A DNA stretch of 24,121 bases from a virus (taxonomy: Duplodnaviria; Caudoviricetes): positions 1 to 24,121 of the IMG/VR virus record IMGVR_UViG_3300017824_000060; one strand, written 5' to 3'. Each line of letters begins with the position of its first letter. The stretch's first letter is position 1. Both the position numbers and the translations under genes were made by a program. This document shows positions 1 through 11,500 of this stretch, in pieces. The notes under the pieces are model-generated. The model saw nothing but the letters and a program-made list of their open reading frames with translations. It had not been told where the DNA came from and did not search any database.

Positions 1-249
1 AATTGTATCGCCCACACTAGGATTTCCTATGGGTGACAAACCAGTGTTTTGATGTGCACCAGCACTTGTCATTGGTGTTAGCAAACTGCCCCATTGTGTT
101 GCAGTAATGGTTGAACCAGCACTTACTGCACTTATTGCAGTTTGACCGTAACCAGAATCTCCTGACCCAGTACTCCATATTGCATTTATATCATCTTTGA
201 AACCGTTGTAGTCATCATCTAAGATGGTATTTCCTGAGCTATAAGTCAT
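1..249 (-). CDS. Putative virion structural (tail/fibre-associated) protein, 3'-truncated at the left window edge
   Basis: Not in the ORF track. The ATG at 249-247 opens 83 stop-free codons to the edge: MTYSSGNTILDDDYNGFKDDINAIWSTGSGDSGYGQTAISAVSAGSTITATQWGSLLTPMTSAGAHQNTGLSPIGNPSVGDTI. It is preceded by an SD-like AGGGA and by TATAAATA. Strand and G/S/T-rich composition match the neighbouring structural genes. Confidence 0.8.
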   Translation of the reverse strand, partial: MTYSSGNTILDDDYNGFKDDINAIWSTGSGDSGYGQTAISAVSAGSTITATQWGSLLTPMTSAGAHQNTGLSPIGNPSVGDTI

Positions 250-266
250 TTGTTATCCCTTTATTA

Positions 267-278
267 TATTTATATTTA
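267..278 (-). promoter_or_regulatory. T4-like late promoter (TATAAATA at 274-267, tandem second TAAATA at 278-273)
   Basis: The minus strand reads GTG-TAAATA-TAAATA-TAATAAAGGGATAACAA-ATG. It contains a perfect match to the T4 gp55-dependent consensus TATAAATA, and the first box overlaps the upstream stop codon. Confidence 0.75.
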
Positions 279-1835
279 CACAATTTTCACAATTGCTTCA
301 ATTTTCCCAATTTGTTCTGTTGTCTTATTGTCTAATGCACGTCCAATTACATTAAACGCAGTTGATTCTTCTAGTGTTGCAGATCTTGCCAATCCGTTAC
401 CTGCACTAACTAATCTGTCACCTTTTGTAACAAATCCCATGACATTTACAGGTACTCTTCCGCTCATTGCAATTGGTGGGTGTGTAGCATCTGTGCCTGC
501 ACCACCATTCATTAAGTACGCAGGTTGTTCTGATACTACTCCAAATACCTTATCACTTAATTCTGTGTCGCATAATGTGACTTCATTTACACCGCCAAGT
601 TCAACAACTGTTCCTGCTGAGTATTCAGCATCTGCATGAAAACGTTCTGCCATATCAGCATATTGTGCTGATGTTGCAAGAGCATGAACTGTATTGAATG
701 CAACACTTGAGCTTCCAATGTTTCCTACTCCATCTGCATTGTTGTTTGTAATACTACCAACAGCTACATCACCAACGCCTACTGACATATTTGCGGCAGT
801 TACATTTCCAGTTGCTGAAACTGCACCACCAGTGGTTAAGTTACCACCAGCAACGTTGCCTGTGGCAGTGATTGTAGTTGTAGCCGTAATGTCACCAGCT
901 GCAACCTGTCCAGCAGTAGTTAAGTTACCAGCACTTACATTTCCAGTTGCACTTAAACTTGTGTTGATGTTTACAACTGATGTAGCACCATCAATTGTCA
1001 TTGCAGTGGTAACTACACCACCATCATTAACACGGAAAATTAGATCACCGTCTTGGGTGTCGTTGTCAATTCTTACATCTGTTCCACTTACACTTATATG
1101 ACCGTCACTATCTCCACCAATGTATAAACCAGTATCAGATAAAACACTTATGCTTGTGTCATTACTTGTAGCAGCATCTGATCTCATAAATGATGTTGAG
1201 TTTAAACTATCTAGTGTATCTGCGTTTGTTGCAGTTCCGTTAAACACTGCATTTGAAACTGCGGTGCTCATGTTTAAACCTGGACCTATAGTTGCAAATC
1301 CTGAAATAGCTACTGCCGGAGTAAACGTAGCGTCTTTTGAGAAAATTGAAACTATTACATTGTTCACATACATCTGCACAACAACATGGTCTGTGGCAAC
1401 ATTATCTGAAATTGTTGCAACTATTGCGCCTGATGTTCCTTGTCCACTTGTACTAGCAGGACCAACAGTTATGAAACTTGATCCATTGTAAACTTTTAAC
1501 TGGTCGTTTGTTGAATCAAACCATAAGTCACCTTCTACATTTGAACTTGGTTGACTTGTGGATGCTATAGCACCTGATAATGATTTAAATATTGTACCGT
1601 TATAAACTTTAATTATGTTGTTGGTTTTGTCATACCAAAGCTGACCTGTTAATGGTGCTCCTGGTGCACTGGTGTTGGCTGCATTTTCAAGAAGCCTAAT
1701 AAAGTTCTCATCTAAAAACTCTCCATATCCAGCGTAGTTTTTTCCAACAAGCGTTTGACTTGAATCTGTATTGATAGTACCATCTGCAACTACTGCAAAT
1801 ATTGTACCATCTGTTAGGTTAATGGTGTATGCCAT
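276..1835 (-). CDS. Tail fibre/appendage protein with C-terminal intramolecular chaperone (Peptidase_G2-like autocleavage domain)
   Basis: 519 aa. N-terminal module LVGKNYAGYGEFLDENFIRLLEN with tandem GQLWYD/GDLWFD motifs; fibre motif NADTLDSLNSTSFMRSD; TGNVxxGNL repeats; C-terminal ADMAE...GVVS.QPAYLMN...GRVPV...KGDRLV...IGRAL pattern typical of phi29 gp12-type chaperone domains. SD GGAG lies upstream. Confidence 0.75.
   Translation of the reverse strand: MAYTINLTDGTIFAVVADGTINTDSSQTLVGKNYAGYGEFLDENFIRLLENAANTSAPGAPLTGQLWYDKTNNIIKVYNGTIFKSLSGAIASTSQPSSNVEGDLWFDSTNDQLKVYNGSSFITVGPASTSGQGTSGAIVATISDNVATDHVVVQMYVNNVIVSIFSKDATFTPAVAISGFATIGPGLNMSTAVSNAVFNGTATNADTLDSLNSTSFMRSDAATSNDTSISVLSDTGLYIGGDSDGHISVSGTDVRIDNDTQDGDLIFRVNDGGVVTTAMTIDGATSVVNINTSLSATGNVSAGNLTTAGQVAAGDITATTTITATGNVAGGNLTTGGAVSATGNVTAANMSVGVGDVAVGSITNNNADGVGNIGSSSVAFNTVHALATSAQYADMAERFHADAEYSAGTVVELGGVNEVTLCDTELSDKVFGVVSEQPAYLMNGGAGTDATHPPIAMSGRVPVNVMGFVTKGDRLVSAGNGLARSATLEESTAFNVIGRALDNKTTEQIGKIEAIVKIV
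790..960 (-). repeat. Coding repeats in the fibre shaft (three ATGNV units)
   Basis: Protein units SATGNVSAGNLTT / TATGNVAGGNLTT / SATGNVTAANMSV. At the DNA level there is an exact 16-bp direct repeat ttacatttccagttgc at 800-815 and 935-950, and a 12-bp repeat gttaagttacca at 835-846 and 919-930. Confidence 0.8.
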
Positions 1836-1862
1836 TTTGTTTTACTCCGTTTACTACAAGTG

Positions 1863-1894
1863 TATTTATTATTTTAGTAATATACCTGTATTTA
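1863..1894 (-). promoter_or_regulatory. Two late-promoter-like TAAATAC boxes (TAAATA at 1894-1889 and 1868-1863) upstream of the fibre gene
   Basis: The minus strand reads ACA-TAAATAC-AGGTATATTACTAAAATAA-TAAATAC-ACTTGTAGTAAACGGAGTAAAACAAA-ATG. The first box overlaps the stop codon of the 220-aa gene. Confidence 0.65.
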
Positions 1895-2554
1895 TGTAGA
1901 ACTCAAATTGGTTAAAGTCTGTATACGCACAGTATAATCAATTTGTATTTGTCTGTTTAAACTTTTTTGCACTGGATGAAAAATTACGTGTGTTATTAAT
2001 CTTAGATCAGTTGCACTGCCGTTCCATGTTTTTAATCCTAATTCATCAAAAACATAATCGCCATTAAAGTCGGTTGAATTATCAAAAGCCTGTTGCCCTG
2101 AAGGCTCACCATAATCTAATAAACAACTTACCAATATATCTGTGTATACCTTGCCAGTTGTATGTGTTACTGTTAGTTTGTTTCGTGTGGTATCAGTGTT
2201 ACTTGCACTGTTATCGTCTACAACTTTTGAATATGTTGGATTGTATAGATTGGCATTCTGTCCGGTTGTATTTGGTGGCAAATAGGTAATTACACCAGTG
2301 GTATCAACACTACTACCTCCATTTCCAAATGCCATGCTATATATTTGTCCAACTGCTTTGTTTGCAAGACTGTTTGCTAATGCTTCACTTATATTTTCAT
2401 AATGAATAGCATTGCGTTTATCAACAATGACTTCACCACTGTTAGGATCAAATATTTTTATGTGTCCACTAATAGCAATTTGACCATTTTCATTTGGACG
2501 AACTTCGTCAACTGATTCTGTCACTGATTCCTCATTTGCATTTTCTTGTTCCAT
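1892..2554 (-). CDS. Virion structural protein, probable baseplate/tail-fibre attachment protein
   Basis: 220 aa, located between the giant baseplate protein and the fibre gene. Motifs GHIKIFD...KRNAI, MAFGNGG, FDELGL and a terminal KSLNRQIQIDYTVRI strand resemble baseplate-anchoring/tail-collar (DUF3751-like) domains. The function is inferred. Confidence 0.6.
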   Translation of the reverse strand: MEQENANEESVTESVDEVRPNENGQIAISGHIKIFDPNSGEVIVDKRNAIHYENISEALANSLANKAVGQIYSMAFGNGGSSVDTTGVITYLPPNTTGQNANLYNPTYSKVVDDNSASNTDTTRNKLTVTHTTGKVYTDILVSCLLDYGEPSGQQAFDNSTDFNGDYVFDELGLKTWNGSATDLRLITHVIFHPVQKSLNRQIQIDYTVRIQTLTNLSST

Positions 2555-2558
2555 GCTG

Positions 2559-2564
2559 TATTTA
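2559..2564 (-). promoter_or_regulatory. Late-promoter-like TAAATA 4 nt upstream of the ATG
   Basis: The minus strand reads TAAGG-TAAATA-CAGC-ATG within a 24-nt intergenic gap. Confidence 0.65.
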
Positions 2565-2578
2565 CCTTAATAAATTAC

Positions 2579-5500
2579 CTAGTCTTTCAAAAACAGAGCA
2601 GCTGGTGTAGTTTGATCTTGTAGTGCAATGCCATTACTTGCAGTATCAACACCTTGTGCATACATTACGTTTGCAGTTTCTTGACTAAAATACACTTCTA
2701 CTCCATCTCCAGGTGCAGTTACCAATGTAACTTCGGTACTAGTTGCATTTACTTCTGTTACCGTATAGTCTGTTTCAGGTACCAATACAGTTCCTCCAAC
2801 TGTGACTGTAACTGCATCACTTAATTCAGTACTGTCAAGTGTTACTGGTACAACTATTGAAGTTTCAAAAACTTTGGTTGATCCGTCGCCTACATTTGTT
2901 TTATCTGTTGTGGTTTTTTCTTGATAGCGAGTAGGAAGTTGTTGTCCAACACCAACATCGCTTACAGTTGCACCAACTGCATGTTGATATATTCCAGTGC
3001 CCGCAGTTCCTCTTCTTAAACCGCTTACACTATTGTTCCCTGTATTTCTTGATCTATAAGTTATTCTTTCGCCACCTACAATCAGTTGTCCAAAAATGCC
3101 TTGTGTAAGATTAGGCTCGCCTAACTTGGTAACATCATTTACAAAAATAATATCATCTGAGATTGCAACTGCCTGTGCTAATTCTGTGGTGTTTGTTTTG
3201 TTAAACCTAAGCAGTTTTTGATTACCAAGCATGTCTTGGAAAATACGGAAGTTAAGACTGTTTGGTACAACACTATTTGTGAACATTGTTACTGCTAATA
3301 CATCTGACGCATTCAAAATACTTAGATTAAGAACTAATGTACTAAGTTGGTTATCATTTGTTATTGTAAAATCAATGTTAGGTTGCAAATATTGTCCATT
3401 TAGAGTAACAATAATTCTTTGTGTTTCAGTTACTAATCTTCCTAGTGCAAAATTATTTGTTTCAATTGTAGATCCAATTGTCTCGTCAAAAGTACTTTCG
3501 TCATATGTATCTTCATCGTATGCAATGCCAGTGGTTACACCTTCAGTTGTAGGTCCAACAAACACCTTGGTCATAATATTCTGTTGAGATGTATCGTTGT
3601 ATGTAGTAACATCAAAAAGTGCATTAAAAGCTGCACTTACTCGTAGGTTTATGTCACTGGTGTTGACAATTGTGTAATCAGCTTCAGTGGTGGTATAAAT
3701 TTCAATCCTTGATCCAGAGGCTGGTAAAGACAGTGTATTAAATTCAATATATCTATCACTACTGCCGTCCCATGGGCTTAGAGTCCAGTTTACTGCAACA
3801 TTCTGTTTGACATTATCAACGTAAACTAGTAAATCAGCAGAACTAATTAATGCTTGATTTGTTTTTGCAGTAGTACTTAGGTAATAAGGACCAAGGCTTG
3901 ATCCGTCGCCGGTGTATTCTATTCCTTCTGGTGGACGTAATCTAAAACCATCTCTATCAACAACCATGTTTGCAATGTTTGTACCTTGTAGACTTGCAGT
4001 CAATGGGTATTGTGTTGTAGACCCATCATAGTTAAAATAATCATTTACCTCGGTGCTCCAACTACGTTGTATTGGAGTGGTTTCGCCAAGAGCAACAATT
4101 GTAAGCCATTGGGTGCTAGTAGGTTGTGTTGTAAAAGTGATTTCTGTTGCAAAACTACCACTTGCGGCAAAAGTATAATCATTTGTTTCACTGCCATCTA
4201 AGAAAATAACCATTTCGTCGATTTCTGAAAATGCTACGGGTATCGTTTGAGTACGGTTTGTAATACTACTGCCAACAAAACTCTCTTTATAAAGTTGTGA
4301 ACCGCCGCCTAGTCCATATACTTCAACTCTTATAATATCGCCAGCACTGGCATTTGCACTAGCACTAACACTCACAGTTTTTGCAACCCAATTAATGCTA
4401 GTTACAGATGGTGGAAGTACCTGTCTAGTTGTTATGTTTATAACATTTAGACTTACAGGATGTTGAATAAGGTTTAGAAAACTAATTGTTACTCCGGTTG
4501 ATTCAAAAGTACTACTTGTGCTTTTAATTTCAAATCCGTGTCCGTTGTTGCTCCAATCACTGCCGGGTCTAGTAAAAACTTTTAGATCAAGTGTATCAAA
4601 TTCGCTTCCAGGAACAAGTTCTTCAGGAGCATGTGAACTGTACGTGTCAACAAATCCTCCTCCTTCGACATTTATATCTGTTGCTCTTGTACCAAGATAT
4701 GTGTCGCTGAAACTGCTTTCATATATTACATCTAGGATTGAATCGTCGTATGTTGGTTCACCCTCTGGCCCAAAACTAATATTATCAAATGGATTAATAT
4801 CATAGTTTCCAATATCAAAACCAGTGTTTTGATCAAAGTCTGGAGCATCAACTTGTACACCAGGATAGTCAATGCCAGTCATGACCTGTGCTAACTCGCG
4901 ACCTGGTTCATTTGGACCAGGATTATACAATCCAATTGTTCTGTCAGCAGCATCTAGTGAGTCAGGATCAACAACAGTGTAATTGTCTGGATCAAATTCA
5001 GCAGTTGAAGTGAAATCTGAAGTTACACTGTAAACTTTAGGTTCAGCAACATTAACTACGCCTACAGTTGGAACTGGATAGCGTACTAATTGTCCAGTAG
5101 TGTATGAGGTATTTGCAGTCCAATCTATTACTGTGCTTGAGTATGTAATTCTGTTGTATGCAATAGTGGTTGTGAAATCACGAACTTGTTGTGTTCCTAG
5201 TACTGCTATTGCTGTTGCTCCAGTACCATTACCGCCTGAGATAGTAATAATTGGAGTTGTGGTATATCCACTACCAGGAGTAATAACATTTATTTTAGTT
5301 ACCACGCCTGCAGTATTAACAGTTGCAGTCATTGTTGCTTGTGTTGTTGCGTCTCCTGTTACAATTACTTGTGGTGCAACTGTATATCCAGACCCACCAT
5401 CGACCACTGTAGCACCCGAAACCACCAATAGATAATTTTGGTACCATTGACTGTACGGAAATGTAGTCCATAACGAAGACGTACTTGGTACTGCACTCTT

Positions 5501-8500
5501 GGATTCTGGATTTGCACTATCATCTAATATTGGAGATACAAACTGTTGTAAAGCACTATCGTAATAGGCTGGTAAATCAAAATCAGTTACACTGCCGTTG
5601 TAGATATCTTCGCCTTCGTATCTTAGATTGAATTCTCTAATTTGTACATGGTATGGTTTTACTTCTTTGATGTAATCCTCGACAAAGTCTTGGTTATCTC
5701 TTCTAAATATTGGATATTCAATCAAATCACGTATCTTATGATTAACATCAATTAAACTGGTTTTGAACAACCAGTTTGGTGCAGCCTGTTCACTCATGAT
5801 GAATTCAAACATCAAAATTAACAATTCATTACGTCTAACTAATAAATCGCTTACAAATATTTCAGTGTTTAGAGCCTGTAATATTTGTCTTGTTTCTGTA
5901 ATTGGTTCTTCACCAGCTATAGGATTTTCAATTGAGTAATCCCAAATAGTAGCATCTATTGCAATTGTTCCATCTTCTAAATAAACTCTTGTCCATTCGC
6001 CTGATGTTGTGCTATATTGATACACTTCTGTTTTTCCATTACTGTTTGCAGTAACAGTTGCCCATTCGCCGTTCTGTACATTATTGAGAGCTAGTAAATT
6101 ACTGTAAACCGCAACCTCATAAGAAGAAGGGTTAGCACTACTATAAAAAGAACCGTCAGCATTTAATCCAAACCAGTCAACATAACTCCAATAAAGATCG
6201 GTTTTGTAACTTTGTACACGAGTCAGTAAAAGCGTACGGTCTGATTGAACAGTGTATATTGACCACAATCCTTCGTTGTTAACGTCGCTTGCTACTAGGT
6301 ATCTATATCCAATTGCTACCTGTGATAGATCTTGGTATGTTAGCTCAGCATAGGTTAAAACACGTTTATCCCATTGACCGCTTGCAGTTGTTGGCTCAGG
6401 TTCTTCACTGTTTAGTAATTTAAAACTCTTGCTTTCTGAAATAGTATATAACTTCATAATAGAGTTTGCTCTAGTCATGTAATTCTTGAGTGCAAGAAAT
6501 CTATCAACAAACATACTCTGTCTTGGTCGAAAACTCACACCATATCTGTCTGCAATGCTTAGTGTTGTATCTGGCACTGCATTACCTGCGGTATCAGCTC
6601 CACAGAAACTATCAAGCAATTTCCTATACAATTGTGTTCCTAAGAAACTGTTCTCGTCTCCATCGGTTATGATATCATATTCACTGTGAACAGCATCATC
6701 GTTGGCAATTTTATCAAACTCTACGTGCAATATTGAGTCATCAGCACTTATTAGGTTTCTTGAGTTAAACAGTGTAATTTCATTTTTTGCAATTGCGGCT
6801 GAATAACTAATACCACTGGCACGTGGATTAGAAATGTACTGTTCTATACCACTTGAACTAAGCGTTTTATTTGGACTGATAGCAGTTAATCCTTTAACCC
6901 AATAAAAATATTTTGTTACAAAGGTTCCAGCACTGTCGAGGTAGGTTATAGTTGTGTAACTATCTGTGGTATAGACTGTTCCAGGTCCACTATAGTTTGC
7001 AGGCGGTACGGTGTTTTCAGTCCATTGGTAGATATCTACACTTGAACCGTCGAATAACTGCCCCCAACGTCTTGCTCTAAACTGTATGTCATCCTGATTA
7101 TAATCTATGAATCTCACAGTTGATAGATCCCACCAAATTTCGCCAAGGTGTTCTTCTCTCCACATGCTTCCAAAGTTGTTTACTGTGCCTGTGTTGTACA
7201 ACGCAGGATCGATTCCGCCTGTGTAGTCTATGTTTGCTCTTGCGGCACCTAGTATTCTACCTTGCAGTGGATCAATGAAATCCAAGTATCTTGTAATACT
7301 ATTAGAAACTTTATTGTATATGAATACACTGTTCAGCAATGCTGAATTTACAACTGGTGTTTCGGTATATCTTGCTTTCCAACTTGGTTCGTTATCTGCA
7401 TTTGTAAACTGTGTTACACGACCAAAGTTGCCAGAGCTATCTCCAAGATCATCATTTGGTGCACCAACAAGTAAGATTCCATCTACGTAACTTACACTAC
7501 TTCCAAACTTGTCAAGGCTGGTAATGCTCATATCATAAATTTGTTGTCCATAAACAAATTTGCCTGGGTTGGTTGCACTTGGAGATGCAGAGCTTAGATA
7601 ATCGTATGTGTATGCAACGCCTGATTCAGGCATTGGGTCTACATAATTTGTTGATCCAGAATCAAAATCTGTTGTTGAACTATCAAAAGTAGTAGATAAG
7701 AATGCAGTTGCGTCTGGAGCTCCAACACTTAATGTAAGTGCATCATCGCTTATGTTTATACTTGTGCCAAAATGTGCATATTCTTGCGTAAATGGTGGCA
7801 CAATTGTTTGAGCATATACCCAAGGTTTCAATCCTAAATCACTGAATGCAGTTCCTGTACCCGGTGCTACTTCTAGTTTGATAAACTGTTCTCCAGCTTG
7901 AACATCAACCAATGTAATTTGTAATGCACCATTTACAGTGGCAGCAGCTATATTTGGAATATTTGCATTTGTAATATCAGTAACCAAACTTTCAACTGTT
8001 GTGCCAGTAAGTGTTACATAATAGTTGTTGATACGTATACTGTCTGCGGCACTAAGCACAGGATTAGAAACAGTACCAGTAATAGTTCCAAACAGTCTAC
8101 TTTGATTAATCCAACGCTCTACACTACCTTGTTCAACTGCAATTGCACTATCGTGTGGCATACTAATGTATGCACTACAATTTGTCGAACACATGTCAAC
8201 TGCTCGACCAAAATAATAATTTTCTCCGTTCAATGCACTGTTAAAATTTTGTAGTGTGGTAAAACTATTGGTTTCAACTTCGATTATATCACCAACTGCA
8301 AGTGTTACTGGATTAAGTGTTGTTCCGATTGTTACCACACTGCCAGCAACACTAAATTGTGCATTGTTTGCGTTTCCAGTTGGAATTAAAAATGTTCCGT
8401 TAAGTTTGACTGTAACTGGACCAGTTGGTGCTACTGATGTTGTATAAGCAACAGTTGCGGCATTTGTTACCTGAAACCTTTCAATACTTCTATCAATAAT

Positions 8501-11500
8501 AAAGGACTCACCAGCAAACTGATTTGTTGCGACTGTGGCATCTGGTGTGCCTATTAGTATTTGTCTACCATCGGTTGTTGTTGAAATACTGTAACCAAAT
8601 TGATCAATTGTTGAATCTATGCTAGTTGAACTAAATGAGTCTACAAAATCCCAATGTGTTTTTGCATTTATTGTTAAAGTTCCTGAGCTTATTCCTGAAG
8701 TTAATACAATGTCAGTTCCAACAACTGTGTAGTCAAAAAATGGACGTAATAAAACTGAGTCCTGTATAACAGTCATTGAATAAATGTCACTAGCTGTAAA
8801 CAAAGTTGTAAAACTAAAGTTTGTAGTCAACACACTTGGATTATAAGTTTGACTTTCACGTCTAGTAATAACAATTGCATCATCAAGATTTGGTGCAACA
8901 GTGAAATCTACTGATTGTATTCCATCTGAAGTACTTACTGTATAATCAACACCAGCAGTCTGTTCAAGTGTATTACGAGTAACCTTAATTTGTGTTTGGG
9001 CAGTTCCGTCACTGGCATCAACTTGAATTGTTGGTTCTATCACAAAACTAAATGTTGTTCCGTCGCCAGTGAATGTTAAACTCTGTGTTTGCACATTTAC
9101 TTTGTTGTATGCATAAATTTTGTTATCAGCCGGAGCACTAATATACATCCAGCGTTCATCATCACTAACTGCTACGCTATAACCAAATTTATCAGCGTCA
9201 TTTGTTCCTGTGTTAAAGTGCTGATAAAAACTATAAGTTCCGTCTGAGGAATTTCTAAGAATAGCACTTGCATAACCTTTATCAGAATCTGAATCAGGTG
9301 CACCAACTAAGGCCCATTCAGTATCACCTACATCAGTGCTAAATCCAAAACCTGTGAACGGTTGTGATGCATCAGGAGAAAGAATTGTTTGCTGAGCATA
9401 AGTTGAACCATTGATTGTTGACCCATCCTCTAACTTGTTAAACGCATAAACACCACCAGTGCCACTTGCGTATCCTGTTGCTCCAACAATCAATCCATCA
9501 TTGTTTAGTCCTTGTGCCAAAGAGGTTCCAAATAGATCATTTATAACTGGTGTTTCAGCTTGTATTTCGCCTGTGGTTGAAAATGGATTTTGTTTTTGTA
9601 GCACTGTCCAATTGTCATTACCGTTATTGTCCACCCATACTTGATTTGTAGCAACTAAACTTGTACTAAAACTTAGTCCAGCAATATCGCTTGGCTGAGT
9701 AACTCTTACACTTTCTAGTGTAAAGGCTCTTCCATCTCCATTTGTAATTGTTGTTACATCTTCAGGCAGACTGAGATTTACTGTGAGTGTTTTAAGTCCG
9801 GGTACAGTTTGTATAATGTAAGCACCGTCAACTGCACTGTTGAAAAATTTTATTATCAATCTTTGTCCAACACTTAAACCATGATTAACATCAAAAGTAA
9901 ATGTGCAAGTTCCGTTTAGGTTGTCAACCACTGTAGTAAGTGTAGAATTTACAAGATTAACTCTGTAAATATTCCAATCGTAACTGTTTGCTTTTGCTAC
10001 CCAAATATTTGTTCCTACCACAATATTATCAAGATTGTTTATAACTGTTGTTAAATCATCAAAATCAAAAACTTTAATATCAACATCATCATAATTTACA
10101 TAACCAGCACTTGGCAATCCAACGGTATCTGGAATACCATTTATTGTTGGTAATATATCAGTGGTGCTTATTTTATAACTTGATTTGTAGATATCATCAA
10201 TTAAAACTGTTTGTTCGGCAGTTGAAGTAGTATTAGGGGCAATCACTGCGACTGTGCTTGGATTACTAAGAAGTTTACTTTCTTCTAGTTGTAATTCAAA
10301 ATAACTTCGGTTAGCATTTGCTCCATATATAGCTCTTTGAATTGCCCAGTTTTCGTAAATTTGATATTCTGCTTCTTCTTTTCCAAGAAACGCATTTTTA
10401 AATATTTCTGCTGATCTAATAGTGCCTTTTGTTCCTAAGAAACTGGAATACAATCCAGCTTGTGAAATATCATCAAGATTGAGATTTTGCATGTACTGTC
10501 TTGGACGAAATCCAATTAGTCCTAGTCCTAGTAGCGTTGAATCGCTTTCAAGATTAGCAGTGTGAATGTTGTAATTGTCTTGAAATTCATCTGCTTTGGT
10601 TGCAAGGTTAGGAAGTAAACCAGTTTGTATTCTAGCGTAATCACTCTTTATCCAGTCTGCAAAAACAAAAGTTTGGCTTGGTGGTAATATTGTAGTAGCA
10701 CTCCAATATGCATTTTTATATTCTACAATTTGACCTTTGGTGTAGCCTACATTTGGCTCCCATGGTTTAATGTTATCCTGGTTCAGTATAAAACCTTGTG
10801 CGTCCAGTGTTCCATTCCATTCATAGACAGTGTACCCATTTAATAACAATCTGTTTTGTCTTGCACCAGTTACTGGTTGATAGATTAAATCATTAAAAAT
10901 ACTTGTGTTATCGAAAACGATAATGTGCTCATAAGATGTAAACCTAGCTTGAAGGAAACTAAAAGTATTATTGTTCAATCCTACAAGTTTAAGTTCATTT
11001 CCTAATCTTTCTACTGCATAGTCTTCTGATAACAAAGATCTAAAATTTTGATTTAAGATTACATCATTGATATTTTCACTTGCTAGACTTTCTACAACAC
11101 TATTTTCTTTGGTAAGTTTTAAAACATTTGCAGCTGGATTCAAGTTTATCACACTTCCTACAGTCCAAGATTGTCCAACCCAGTATATAAACTCTTGGGC
11201 CATCTGTGTCCAGTCTACAATAATTTCATTTTCAGTCGACTCGAAGGTCATTCCTTGTTGGTTCAACAATTTGCCATAACTTGCTAAGAAATCTACCACT
11301 GCACTTGTGCTGGTAAATTCATAGCCATAAGGAACTTGTACCACTTGATCGGTAAATGTTTCAGGTACTCTAAAAGTGTCTCCGTTTACAGTGAAGGTGC
11401 TAAATGTACCTGCAGCCGTACTCTTCAAAATATTAAAGTATGGTTTAGTAGTAGAATAACCAGCAACTTGCCAACCGTTGTTTGTTCTTTGAACAATAAC

